48,942 bases of DNA from Anaeramoeba ignava BMAN (GCA_028826165.1 JAPDFW010000049.1:1-48942); one strand, 5' to 3'. Shown: positions 26,025-39,050, counted from the stretch's first letter. A program made the numbers and translations. The notes: a model not told the origin generated them from the sequence alone.

Positions 26025-28329
26025 GGTAGGGGTAAATTTGACCTATTTTGATCTACTGCCTATTTTTATCTACTTTTTTTACAATTTTTTTGATTTTCAT
26101 TTTAAACACATTTTTGATGCTTAATTCTGATTAAAATAATTCTCTTTTCGTCAATTTCCCTTATCACAATTCAAAATATGAAAAATTTATGATCTCTTTT
26201 TTATTTTTTTTTTGGTGCAAACAATTTAGAAGCAAACATAAATAAATTTTATTTATATAATTATTTCTCATTATTATGTTTAATTTTCCTTTTTTTAATT
26301 CAGAATCCTGAAATAATTACACTGAAATATCCATTCCCATTTTTTCATTTTTTTTGATTCTCTTTAAAATATTTTTCTGCTTCATAAATCCTCACTTTCT
26401 TCAAGTTAACTATCTTTTTTTTTATTTAATTTCTTTTTTTCTTATTTCTTCTCCTAATTACTTTTCTCATTTTGTTTTATTTAATATATCTTTTTCATTC
26501 TCAAAAAAAATTCTTTGCTCTTAATTGTTATTCTTTTTCATATTTTTTCTTAAATTAGATATTTCATCTATCTTTGTTTTTGATTATTTTTTATCATTTT
26601 AATTCATTTTTTCTTTTCCAACTCTATTTTCACTTATTATTTTATCAATCTATTCAGATCATTTGCAAATAATATCTCACAAATTTAAGATGAATTTTTC
26701 CTTTATTCTAATAATTCAAAAAAGTTATCAAGTTTAAATTCCCAAAAAGCTCTCAATTTTTTCTTCAAGATATTTAAATCTTAATTTTATGTCTTGCTCT
26801 TTTTAATTTAATTCTCTTTTTCTAAATTTTGATTACTCAGCTCTAAAAAATATCATTTTTTCAATAAAGAAATATCAAGTTTTTTTATTTACTTTTTTTA
26901 AATATTAATTACAAACATGTAATAGTAATTTTGGAAATTCATTTTTGTTGTTTATTCTCTACTTTTTATTGTATTCAAAAAATAAAATAAATTGAGTAAA
27001 TTCAAAATACTCATATTTTCTTTTTTTTGTTGTCTCAAATAAAATCTTAAGTTTTAATATTTTTAATAAATATCTCCCAGAAATATTCTTTTATTATTTG
27101 ATTTTTAATTGAGTTATGTTCCTGAAGCTTTAATTATAAGTTTTATTTTCTTGATTAAATGATATTAAATAATTTCATAAATTATTAAAATATTCTTTTA
27201 TTATTTTCGATAATTAATTCTATATTCATAAAAGTTTTTTTGTAATATTTTTTTATATTTATTTATTTTAGAATGTTTTATTTATTTAATCTTAATTTTT
27301 ATCTTCATAAATCAAAAATTAAATTAAAAAAATAAAATCGGAAAAAAATAATAAAATAAAGATTTTTCTTAAAGTTTATAATTTAAAAGAAATTCCAATT
27401 TAATCAAAAAAAAACTATTTTTATTACGATTGAATGAATTTTAAATTATAAATTTTTTTTATTTAATTATTTAATTCAAAAAATAAAATTGTTTTTTTAA
27501 TTTAAAGTTTCCATTTTTATTTTTTTTGGAGTTTAATTTTCATACACTTTGATAGAAATATAAAGATTTTATCAATTTATAGAATTAAGTTTAATATTAC
27601 ATTCATTATTTAAAAATTCTGAACATTATTTCAAATTAGAGAATTAGAAAGAATTAAATCAATTTTAATCTGAATCAAAATCTAATTTCACTTTTGTTAT
27701 TATTAATTTTATAATTGAATTGAAACCATTTCATTCTTTTGTTTTGATAAATTTGATTTTAATTAAGAAATAAAATATATTTAAAACATCTCTTATGACT
27801 CTCTAATATTTATTTTTTAAATAATATATTAAATTAATCCTTAAATATTTCTTGATTTTTTTATTCCAAATTTTTTTTAAATTCTTTTTTTAAAATTATT
27901 CAAAATATCAATTTTCATTCTGATAAATATAAAAATACCTAAACAAGTAAATATTCTTATTTTAATTAATATCTGAAATCAAATTACAAATTAATTATTT
28001 ATTAAAATTATTAAAAATAGTTGAAATAAATTTATTAATTTTTTTTGATTTCTTTTCAAATTTTATAATATTTAACATTTGAATATAAGAATTGGAAGAA
28101 TAAAAATTAAGATAAAAATAAATAAATGTTCATTAATTATAATTTTAAAATTGAATTTGATTTAATATAAAATATTTATTATCCAAAAAAAGAAAGAAAA
28201 TGGATTTGATTATTTTTTTTTGAGTTATAAAAATATCATAATTTTTGATTTAAATTGAATAAATAATTTCCATTAAAAATTAAATTCAAGTAATTTTAAG
28301 AAAATTGAAATTTTTTTTGATTTTTTTTG

Positions 28330-29452
28330 ATTTTTTTTTTCAATAAAGAAAATCTATTTAAAAATAATTTTATTTCTTTCTTTTTTTGATCTTATTTCTT
28401 TTTATATAAAATCTTTAATTAAAATTAGAAAGTTTTTTAATTATTAATTTTATTTTAAATTAATGTTATTTTATAAATTATTTTTAATTCCAGTTTTTTT
28501 TTCAATAAAGAAAATCTATTTAAAAATAATTTTATTTCTTTTTTTTTTGATCTTATTTCTTTTTATATAAAATCTTTAATTAAAATTAGAAAGTTTTTTA
28601 ATTTTTAATTTTATTTTAAATTAATGTTATTTTATAAATTATTTTTAATTCCAAATTTTTTTTTTCAATAAAGAAAATCTATTTAAAAATAATTTTATTT
28701 CCTTTTTGTTATTTCTTTTTATATAAAATCTTTAATTAAAATTAGAAAGTTTTTAATTATTAATTTTATTTTAAATTAATGTTATTTTAAAAATTATTTT
28801 TAATTCCATTATTTTTTTTCAATAAAGAAAATTTAATTAAAAATAATTTTATTTCTTTCTTTTTTGATCTTATTTCTTTTTATATAAAATATTTAATTAA
28901 AATTAGAAAGTTTTTTAATTTTTAATTTTATTTTAAATTTATGTTATTTTATAAATTATTTTTAATTCCAATTTTTTTTTCAATAAAGAAAATCTATTTA
29001 AAAATAATTTTATTTCTTTCTTTTTTGATCTTATTTCTTTTTATATAAAATCTTTAATTAAAATTAGAAAGTTTTTTAATTATTAATTTTATTTTAAATT
29101 TATGTTATTTTATAAATTATTTTTAATTCCAATTTTTTTTTCAATAAAGAAAATTTAATTAAAAATAATTTTATTTCTTCTTTTTGATCTTATTTCTTTT
29201 TATATAAAATATTTAATTAAAATTAGAAAGTTTTTTAATTTTTAATTTTATTTTAAATTTATGTTATTTTATAAATTATTTTTAATTCCAATTTTTTTTT
29301 CAATAAAGAAAATCTATTTAAAAATAATTTTATTTCCTTTTTTTTTTGTTATTTCTTTTTATATAAAATCTTTAATTAAAATTGGAAAGTTTTTTAATTC
29401 TTAATTTTATTCTAAATTTATGTTATTTTATAAATTATTTTTAATTCCAATT
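28330..29452. repeat. ~160-bp tandem repeat, 7 copies (inverted counterpart of 5537..6515)
   Basis: CAATAAAGAAAAT at ~28341, 28503, 28666, 28820, 28981, 29142, 29301. Confidence 0.9.
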
Positions 29453-30339
29453 TCGTTTTACAATTAGAATCGAAATAAGATGAAAATGAAATTCCAGAAA
29501 AATCAATTTATCAAAAAAATCTATCCCAATTCAAAATGATAAAATTATATAATAGTGAGAGTAATCAATCCTTTTTTTTTCTGTTTTTCCAATGTATCTA
29601 TCATTATTTCTCTTTTCCATTTTTTTTTCTAATCAAATAATTATGGGAAAATCATCTCATCTTACTTTTTACCTAAAATATTCAATTCAATTCAAATCAA
29701 TTTAATTCAATTTAATTCAATTTAATTCAATTTAATTTAATTCAATTCAATTTTAATTTAACTCAATTCAATTTAATTCAATTCAATTCAATTCAAATCA
29801 ATTCAATTCAGTTTAATTTAATTCAATTTAATTCAATTTAATTCAATTTAATTTAATTTAATTCAATTCAATTTAATTTAATTCAATTCAATTTTGAATC
29901 GATTTTAATTGATAAATACGTTTTCCGTTTGTGCAGAACTTATTTCTTTATGATTTTCTCTAGAAATTGAAAAGTCAACAAAAAAATGCAATTAATTGAT
30001 TTCGAGTTAACATAAGAAGAAAAAAAACAAAAGAACTTAGAAGCCTTTTCTTCATTTATTATTATTATTATTGCTCAGTTATGATCCCAATATTTGATTC
30101 TTCTCCTCCTTTAAATTAATAAATAAAAAAAGTGGAAAAAGAAAATTGTTGAAGATGGATTTTATTAATTGATTCCATGAATTGAAAAAAAAAAAAGGAA
30201 AATGAATTTTAAAAAAAAAGGATGAAGAATTATTGATCGAGAATATTTTGAATTTCAATCAAAAAAAAATCGATTAAAAACCAAGAAAATTCATTAAAAT
30301 GAATAAAGAAATTGATTGTGTTCTAAGGGATTTCCCTTT

Positions 30340-32410
30340 TTAATCCTCATCTGAATCTGTTTCAGAATTTGAATTTGATCTTGATTTGAAATCTGAATCT
30401 GAATCTGAATCTGAATTTGATTCTGAATCTGAATCTGAATCTGAATTTGAATCTGATTTTGATTTTGATTTTGATTTTGATTTTGATTTTGATTTTGATT
30501 TTGATTTTGATTTTGATTTTGATTTTGATTTTGGTTTTAATTTTAGCTTTCTTTTTTTTCCTTTTTCTGAATGTGAATTTGAATTCAAAATATTTAAATT
30601 GTAATCATCATTTCTTTTTGGGATTCTTTTTGATTTTCTTTGTAGAATTTTTTTTGATTTTGAAATTGAATTAGTTTTCGAAATGGAACTAAAATCAATA
30701 TTAGACTCAATACCAACATCTGTTTCCTTTTTCTTTTTTTCTTTTTCTTTTTCATTTTCATTTTGTTTTTGATTTTGATTTTGATTTTGTTTTTGTTTTT
30801 GGTTTTGTTTTGCTTCTTGTTTTTGGTTTGATATTGTTTTGCTTCTTGTTTTTCTTGTGAGTTTTTCTTTTTCTTTTTCTTTTTCTTTTTCTTTTTCATT
30901 TTGTTTTTGATTTTGATTTTGATTTTGTTTTTCTTGTGAGTTTTTCTTTTTCTTTTTCATTTTCATTTTGGTTTTGATTTTCTTTTTCTTTTTCTTTTTC
31001 TTTTTCTTTTTCTTTTTCATTTTCATTTTCATTTTCTTTTGCAAATTGTTGTTTGGATATTTGGGAATTCGTGTAATCTGAATCTGAATCTGAATCTGAA
31101 AGAAACTCAAAATCTTCATCAAATTCAAAATCTTCATCAATTTCAAAATCAGGATCTAAATATGGATTATTGAGAAAAAGTGAATTTGAATTTGAATTTT
31201 CAGAACTGAAATCAAAATTTCCATCTCTCGATATTGTGGTAGACAATCTTGTTTGCCAATACTTTTCTTCTTGTGCTAGATGCGCAGAGAATGACTCCAA
31301 ATTTGTTCTTGATGTGGGGAAAATATCATTTAATCTCCTGTTATAACGCTCGACACATCCATTGGTTCTTTTTATTTCCTTAGGCAGTTCACTATAGTTC
31401 CACATCTGTGATCTGAGATCAGACATAAAAGTTGTACGGAAATATCTAAACACTCTTTCTTGATTCGGAAATTTTTTTTTGAGCTTTTTTACTTTATCTA
31501 AGATATTTTCTTGAGGCACAAATGGTAGTTTTTGTAACTTTCTTTTTAATTTTTTATGTATAGGTTCATTCAATCCTAGTTCTTGAAATTTTCTATTTAA
31601 ACATTGACAATAATGAAAATAACACCCAATGATTTTTGAGTTAGGAAAAATCCGATCCAATGACTTTTTCAAATTCAATTCAAAATCAATCGTTATATAA
31701 TCTGGATTAAGATCTGGAATTAGACCGAGAAGCTGAGCAAAGAAAATTAAGTAGTTTTGGTATGATTTAGTTTCAGTTAAACCATATAAGACAGGATAAA
31801 ACAAATTGAGTTTGGGTAATTTGGCCATAACGACTATCATTTGTTTAAATCCTTTTGGAGCCACTTTAAAAGTGCCATCTATGAAAATTTGTTCAGCCAA
31901 GCTTAAATTGTAAATCATAGAACTACTAGCCCATATATAAATATTAAATGGTGACATTTGCTCCACTCTGAGAAAATCTGTCTTGGAAAGAGTTTGGTGA
32001 TTTGAAATTCTGGAAATCTTCTTCTTCTTCTTTTTTCCAGATGGCAATCTGATGTTCTTTACATAGTTCTTAACTTCTTGATGAGATGGAGTAATATAAG
32101 CTTTTTCTAAATCTGAATCAATTCTTACACACATTTCTCTATATACTCTATCAGGAGTGAAAATATTATCCAGCGCTAATTCCTCCACTAAATTCCACAA
32201 ATCTGCAACTTCTCTGGATTGACTTATCCTTTGGCAAGTTGGTTTATGCTGTCCATTTGTAGTGCATTGGAGATTGGGATTATAGAACAATTTGGCAGTC
32301 ATTCCACACCTTTTTCTACATCTATACCAACCACTTGTATTAGTAGAGTTGTGTCTATTCTTGGAAAAGGGATATCCGTCAATTGTAATTTGAGGTTTGA
32401 ATTTCTTCAT
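30340..32410 (-). CDS. MULE (Mutator-like) DDE transposase with N-terminal FLYWCH/WRKY-GCM1-type zinc finger and low-complexity tail
   Basis: 504-aa ORF 30896..32410 has the whole catalytic core intact: FIDGTFK (D), ITIDFE (D), GCYFH (CxxH), RTNGCVERYNRRLN (E). One frameshift in the repeat tail leads to ...SETDSDED* at 30340. Confidence 0.92.
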
Positions 32411-32694
32411 AAAAAATCTTTTTTTAAATCAAAAATCAAAAATGAAAAATAAAATCAAAAATAAAAAATGAAAAATGAAATTGTTAGAATTGCTTTTTCA
32501 GTTTGATTTGAGAGATATTTTAGTTCATTTTTATTGCAAAATTTGTTTTGTTTGTTTTTTTTTTTAATTTTATCATCATTAACGAAAAAAGGAAAAATTC
32601 AAACCGTTAAATTTCAAATCTTAGTTATTCGAATACTTTAAATAATAAATAATTGAGAATATAATTGAATATAATTTTTAAATTTTGAATTGAT

Positions 32695-35154
32695 CGAAAC
32701 TACCATAAGATGAAATTATCTGGAATAAAATCAATTCAAACATCTTTTGACTTATAATGTCTTTTAAACTTTTGTTTATTTTTGACTCTTGAGCTTTTAA
32801 TAAAATAAAGAATTTTTCAATTTTCAAAAAAAAAATCAAATTAATTTCCCATTCATTTTAAGTTTCAAAAGAAAGCAAGAAATGCTTTTACATTTATTGT
32901 TTTTTATAAAATATATTTTTATCAATTTTTTCTTTGTGTTCATTTGGATCAATGTAAATATTGACATAGATAAAGAGAGTATATTTTTGGAAGTGTCTAA
33001 AAGAAATAGATGCCGTCACTAGGTACTAATTTCAGTATGTGAAATTAAGAGAAGTTTCTGATAGAAGAAAATTCGGAATTGACATTCCATTACCAAGTGA
33101 CGACATCATGTTTAGAATATTCAATTTAAGAAGAAATCTGAAAAAAAAAAAAATCACAATTTCATTTTTTTTTCTACTTATGAATTATTTGTTGAAAAAA
33201 GAAATTTATCAAGAGTGGATTAACTTAAAAATCAAAGGAAGATCTCCCACCAAAATGGATTGTGAAAGAATTGTTGCAACATTAAAAGAAAAAAGAAATA
33301 TTATGTTTGATTCAGAAAAACTTAGAACAGAATTGAGAAATATTTTGAGAATTTTGAAAAAAAAAAATGTACAAAATAAAAAGGATTACCTACAAAATCA
33401 AACCTCTCTACCATTTGAAGAATCGAAATCTAATTATGATTTATGTGAAAAAGAGAACTATTCTGAGAATCAACCAAATAAACGACCGAGAGGTCGACCA
33501 AAGAAAAAATTACAAGACTGTCAATTTCCTGAAAAGAAAATAAAAAACATGCTCAAAAGTTATTTAGATAAGGAAGAGATTATGGAGATAATCAATTTTA
33601 TTAAATCCAAAAGTTCACTTGATGAAATTATTGTGAATGGATTTGGTCATCTACTAAAGCAACTTCCTCACAATAGCCCCATCAGAAAACCATTAATTTG
33701 TGAATTAGTGAAACAAGATATAAACAGGGATTTTTCTCAAAGAGAAATAGCTCAAAGATTAGATATTTCTGAACCTACTATCAGTCGATCAATTCATCAA
33801 ACAGACACATCAATTTTGTGGAATATTAAATATGCTCTTCAAGTATCTCGGAGTAGAACTACAGAAGAAGAAGAAGAAAGAATTCGAGAACTATGGTTGG
33901 AAGAAACACAAACAGACTCAGGAGATCATGTGGATGTCAATACAGATGAGGAAGATGAAAATGGAGATATGCAATCTATCAAAGTTCCAAGACATAATCA
34001 AAAAGAAACTGATCAGATTATCTGTGAGAGAATCCGGGTTCAATGGAAAAAAGAATCAGGAATTGATAGATCTCTCGCTTTTATTTTAGTAAGAAAACCA
34101 AAAAGGGTGAGAAAATTGAAATATTTTAGATGCCAAGATACTTGTTTTTGTCCTCTTTGTGCCAAGAACGATCAAACTCATTTAGAAGAAGTTAAACATC
34201 AAAGATCAGTATATATTGAATCAAAGAGAATTCATGATCCAGAGAGATTGTTTATAGTGATGGATTTTGGAAGTTTTTATCCTCCAAATGGGAAGGAAAA
34301 AAAAAAAAACAAAATCTCTGATTTAAGTATTATTAGAATTCAACAATTGGATTCAGGAAGAAGACTAGACTACTTTGATTTTTTGTGTGATAACTCCACC
34401 CAGAACTTCAATTATGTAAAAGCCAGTTTTCTATTTTTGGTCAAAGAAGGTGTACTTAATGGGTTCAAAAAATTGGAAATTTGGAGCGATGGTGGTGTTC
34501 ATTTTAAGAATTCAAAAACCTTCCAGTTTTTATCTAAATTAGCTGCCAAGACAGGAATAACAATTACACAGAACTTTTTCATATCCCACCATGGGGCCAA
34601 TGAATGTGATGGCCACTTCGGAAGATTAAAACAACTTGAAACAAGAGAAAAATTAGCAGGTCGGTCTTGTCATAATATCAATGGGTATTCAAGATTATTA
34701 AACACTTTGCCCAATCACAAAAGTCAGAACATTTCCTCTAGTATTGACCAAACTTGTGAATATATTCGCACTGTGCCCAAAACTCGTTTTTATCATGAAT
34801 ATATCTATGAGAAAAAAAATAGAGTCAAAGTGCGACATCTAAGTGGGACAGGAAATATTAAAGAGGTGAAATTACATAAACTTTCTTAATAATCAATAAT
34901 ATAATTCAAAGATTTCTTTTCTCTATAATCTGAGGATTCTTATCTTCTGATTGATTTTCTATTCTTTCTTCAAATTCAAATTTTTTTGTGAAGAAAATTT
35001 CTTCACTTAAATAAAGATCAAAAAACAAAAAATTTTTTTTTTCTTTCAAATCATTTTTTTATTCAGTTATGAAATTTTATCAAATTGAAAAAATAAAAAA
35101 AGAATGATTTCCAGAAGTATAAAAAGAAATCGATTTCATCTTCTCGTAGTTTCG
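32695..35154 (+). mobile_element. 2.46-kb Sola-like DNA transposon nested in the MULE element
   Basis: Imperfect 22-bp TIRs CGAAACTACCATAAGATGAAAT / CGAAACTACGAGAAGATGAAAT. Boundaries coincide exactly with loss and resumption of homology to the left arm (2302 and 1771). Confidence 0.88.
33039..34889 (+). CDS. Sola-like DDD transposase (first in-frame ATG at 33108)
   Basis: AT-hook KRPRGRPKK; HTH FSQREIAQRLDISEPTISRSI; CxxC..H. Catalytic IVMDF, IWSDGGVHFKN, FFISHHGANECDGHFG, similar to Sola-type SDG...HG..CDG motifs; 39 residues between second and third D. Confidence 0.8.
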   Translation: MKLREVSDRRKFGIDIPLPSDDIMFRIFNLRRNLKKKKITISFFFLLMNYLLKKEIYQEWINLKIKGRSPTKMDCERIVATLKEKRNIMFDSEKLRTELRNILRILKKKNVQNKKDYLQNQTSLPFEESKSNYDLCEKENYSENQPNKRPRGRPKKKLQDCQFPEKKIKNMLKSYLDKEEIMEIINFIKSKSSLDEIIVNGFGHLLKQLPHNSPIRKPLICELVKQDINRDFSQREIAQRLDISEPTISRSIHQTDTSILWNIKYALQVSRSRTTEEEEERIRELWLEETQTDSGDHVDVNTDEEDENGDMQSIKVPRHNQKETDQIICERIRVQWKKESGIDRSLAFILVRKPKRVRKLKYFRCQDTCFCPLCAKNDQTHLEEVKHQRSVYIESKRIHDPERLFIVMDFGSFYPPNGKEKKKNKISDLSIIRIQQLDSGRRLDYFDFLCDNSTQNFNYVKASFLFLVKEGVLNGFKKLEIWSDGGVHFKNSKTFQFLSKLAAKTGITITQNFFISHHGANECDGHFGRLKQLETREKLAGRSCHNINGYSRLLNTLPNHKSQNISSSIDQTCEYIRTVPKTRFYHEYIYEKKNRVKVRHLSGTGNIKEVKLHKLS

Positions 35155-35903
35155 ATCATTAATCATTGTTTTATTTGAAAATCCAAATTTTTTTATTTTT
35201 TCAAATTTTTATTAAAGTTATATAGTTATTGAAATATCTTTTGAATAGATATTCATTTAAAAAATCTTTTCTAAATTACAAGTTAAATCATTTACTAAAT
35301 TTTTACAAAAAAAACATTTTTTCATTTTTTCTTTTCTTCATTTAATTTATTCTTTCCTTTTCATTTTTATTTGTGTTCTTTTGTTTTCAGTGCTTTTTTT
35401 TTGTGCATATTCTTTGATTTACTTGTTTCGTTTTATTTAGAATTTGTATAAACATTTTCTTTAATAAATAATTTGATAAATAATTTAATAAATAATTTAA
35501 TTAATAATTTAATAAATAATTTAATAAATAATTTAATAAATAATTTAATTAATAATTTAATAAATAATTTAATTAATAATTTAATAATTTAATAAATAAT
35601 TTAATAAATAAATTAATTAATAATTTAATAAATAATTTATTTAATAATTTAATTAATAATTTAATTAATAATTTAATAATTTAATAAATAAATTAATTAA
35701 TAATTTAATAAATAATTTAATAAATAATTTAATTAATAATTTAATTAATAATTTAATAAATAATTTAATAAATAATTTAATAAATAATTTAATAAATAAT
35801 TTAATAAATAATTTAATAAATAATTTAATTATAATTTAATTAATAATTTAATAAATAATTTAATAAATAATTTAATTATAATTTAATTAATAATTTAATA
35901 AAT

Positions 35904-36971
35904 AGAGGTTGGGATGGAATCCCCTCTGGTTCGCGGAAATCAATCTATTCGCGAAAAAATTGATTTCCGCTTATTTTAAGTTGTTCGGAATAAAAAAAAA
36001 ATTTTTTTTTTGAGAATTTTTTATTTTCTTTCATTTCCAAAAGGAAAAAGGAATTGAAATGAGAAAAAAAAGAAAGAGATTTGTTATGAAAAAAAATTAT
36101 TATTTGAAAAATGAAAATGATTGTTGTTCTTCTTTTTAATTTAATCATTATAAGATAGAGGATGACCAGATCGAATCTCAAAATTAGTTAAGGAAACACA
36201 AACTCCAAAAATTTTTTGATAAAAATCTTCTCTTTCTCAACACCAATTATTGGACATGCATGATCATAGAACTTTTAATCTTCCGTAATAATGCTCAATT
36301 TGGATCCAAAGAGAAGATAATCTAGCATTAAAAAATTGTTCTTCTTGATTGAGTTCACATCCTCTCGGTTTTTTGAAAGGGATCACAATTTGAATTTCAT
36401 TTTGAAGATCATAATATGCTTTATCAACCATTAATGAATATTCTTGAAAAAATCTTCCATACCAAGGTCATGAGAAAAGTTGTTTCATTTGTTTGCTTCA
36501 TTCTTCTAGCTCCTCTTCCCTGATATTGAAAATCGAGTTCGACTGATTGAAATAAACTGAGAAAATCTTGAAATCCAAAATTGGTTAGAATTTCTAATCT
36601 CTGTTCATTATTAGTTGCTTGTAGTTCTTCAAATTTTATTGAATCAAAATCTCTAATTTCTTCTTCACTATCAGAAAATTCTTCAAGAAGAATTGGTTAG
36701 CGATTTTATTGAGAATTTTTATAAAATTAAAACGAATTTTCCATAAGAAAAAAATGATCAAAAATAAATTTTTTCAAAATAATTCACCGAGATCAAATAG
36801 GGGCATTTTCCGAACTTCCTCATTTTAGCGAATTAATCATTTTTCGCGAATCTCAATTAACATCTACGGAAAAAAAAATTTCGAGGATAATTTTTTGTTC
36901 GTGGATACAAAAGAGCATCCGCGACCAAATATAGATATCCGCGAACCAAGAGGGATTCCATCCCAACCTCT
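35904..36971 (-). mobile_element. Non-autonomous PIF/Harbinger-IS5 (DDE_Tnp_4-type) element, copy 1
   Basis: ~34-bp imperfect TIRs AGAGGTTGGGATGGAATCCC..TGGTTCGCGGA; AAT duplicated on both sides; transposase remnant on the minus strand. Confidence 0.9.
36147..36692 (-). pseudogene. Internally deleted DDE_Tnp_4-type transposase remnant
   Basis: N-terminal ...LEILTNFGFQDFLSLFQ*...RGARRMK..TFLMTLVW is joined directly to MVDKAY...IPFKKPRGCELNQEEQFFNARLSSLWIQIEHYYGRLKVL*SCMSNNWC*...IFGVCVSLTNF..HPL; in-frame stops. Confidence 0.82.
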
Positions 36972-37980
36972 AATAATTTAATAAATAATTTAATAAATAA
37001 TTTAATAAATAATTTAATAAATAATTTAATAAATAATTTAATAAATAATTTAATTAATAATTTAATTAATAATTTAATAAATAATTTAATAAATAATTTA
37101 ATTAATAATTTAATTAATAATTTAATAAATAATTTAATAAATAATTTAATAAATAATTTAATAAATAATTTAATAAATAATTTAATAAATAATTTAATAA
37201 ATAATTTAATAAATAATTTAATAAATAATTTAATAAATAATTTAATTAATAATTTAATAAATAATTTAATTAATAATTTAATAAATAATTTAATTAATAA
37301 TTTAATAAATAATTTAATTAATAATTTAATAAATAATTTAATTAATAATTTAATTAATAATTTAATTAATAATTTAATAAATAATTTAATTAATAATTTA
37401 ATTAATAATTTAATAAATAATTTAATTAATAATTTAATTAATAATTTAATTAATAATTTAATTAATAATTTAATAAATAATTTAATTAATAATTTAATTA
37501 ATAATTTAATAAATAATTTAATAAATAATTTAATAAATAATTTAATAAATAATTTTAATAAATAATTTAATAAATAATTTAATAAATAATTTAATTAATA
37601 ATTTAATAAATAATTTAATTAATAATTTAATAAATAATTTAATTAATAATTTAATAAATAATTTAATAAATAATTTAATTAATAATTTAATAAATAATTT
37701 AATTAATAATTTAATAAATAATTTAATTAATAATTTAATAAATAATTTAATAAATAATTTAATAAATAATTTAATTAATAATTTAATAAACAATTTAATA
37801 AATAATTTAATTAATAATTTAAATAATTTAATTAATAATTTAATAAATAATTTAATAAATAATTTAATTAATAATTTAATAAATAATTTAATAAATAAAT
37901 TAATAAATAATTTAATTAATAATTTAATAAATAATTTAATAAATAAATTAATAAATAAATTAATAAATAATTTAATTAAT

Positions 37981-39050
37981 AGAGGTTGGGATGGAATCCC
38001 CTCTGGTTCGCGGAAATCAATCTATTCGCGAAAAAATTGATTTCCGCTTATTTTAAGTTGTTCGGAATAAAAAAAAAATTTTTTTTTTGAGAATTTTTTA
38101 TTTTCTTTCATTTCCAAAAGGAAAAAGGAATTGAAATGAGAAAAAAAAAGAAAGAGATTTGTTATGAAAAAAAATTATTATTTGAAAAATGAAAATGATT
38201 GTTGTTCTTCTTTTTAATTTAATCATTATAAGATAGAGGATGACCAGATCGAATCTCAAAATTAGTTAAGGAAACACAAACTCCAAAAATTTTTTGATAA
38301 AAATCTTCTCTTTCTCAACACCAATTATTGGACATGCATGATCATAGAACTTTTAATCTTCCGTAATAATGCTCAATTTGGATCCAAAGAGAAGATAATC
38401 TAGCATTAAAAAATTGTTCTTCTTGATTGAGTTCACATCCTCTCGGTTTTTTGAAAGGGATCACAATTTGAATTTCATTTTGAAGATCATAATATGCTTT
38501 ATCAACCATTAATGAATATTCTTGAAAAAAATCTTCCATACCAAGGTCATGAGAAAAGTTGTTTCATTTGTTTGCTTCATTCTTCTAGCTCCTCTTCCCT
38601 GATATTGAAAATCGAGTTCGACTGATTGAAATAAACTGAGAAAATCTTGAAATCCAAAATTGGTTAGAATTTCTAATCTCTGTTCATTATTAGTTGCTTG
38701 TAGTTCTTCAAATTTTATTGAATCAAAATCTCTAATTTCTTCTTCACTATCAGAAAATTCTTCAAGAAGAATTGGTTAGCGATTTTATTGAGAATTTTTA
38801 TAAAATTAAAACGAATTTTCCATAAGAAAAAAATGATCAAAAATAAATTTTTTCAAAATAATTCACCGAGATCAAATAGGGGCATTTTCCGAACTTCCTC
38901 ATTTTAGCGAATTAATCATTTTTCGCGAATCTCAATTAACATCTACGGAAAAAAAAATTTCGAGGATAATTTTTTGTTCGTGGATACAAAAGAGCATCCG
39001 CGACCAAATATAGATATCCGCGAACCAAGAGGGATTCCATCCCAACCTCT
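37981..39050 (-). mobile_element. Non-autonomous PIF/Harbinger-IS5 element, copy 2
   Basis: Near-identical to 35904..36971 (differences seen only in homopolymer lengths); same orientation and AAT TSD; contains ORF 38342..38539. Confidence 0.9.

Noticed and set aside
36147-36270. TGA = Trp alternative genetic code
   Set aside because: The intact transposases here use TGG for Trp and have no in-frame TGA, and the remnant also has a TAA stop and a large deletion.
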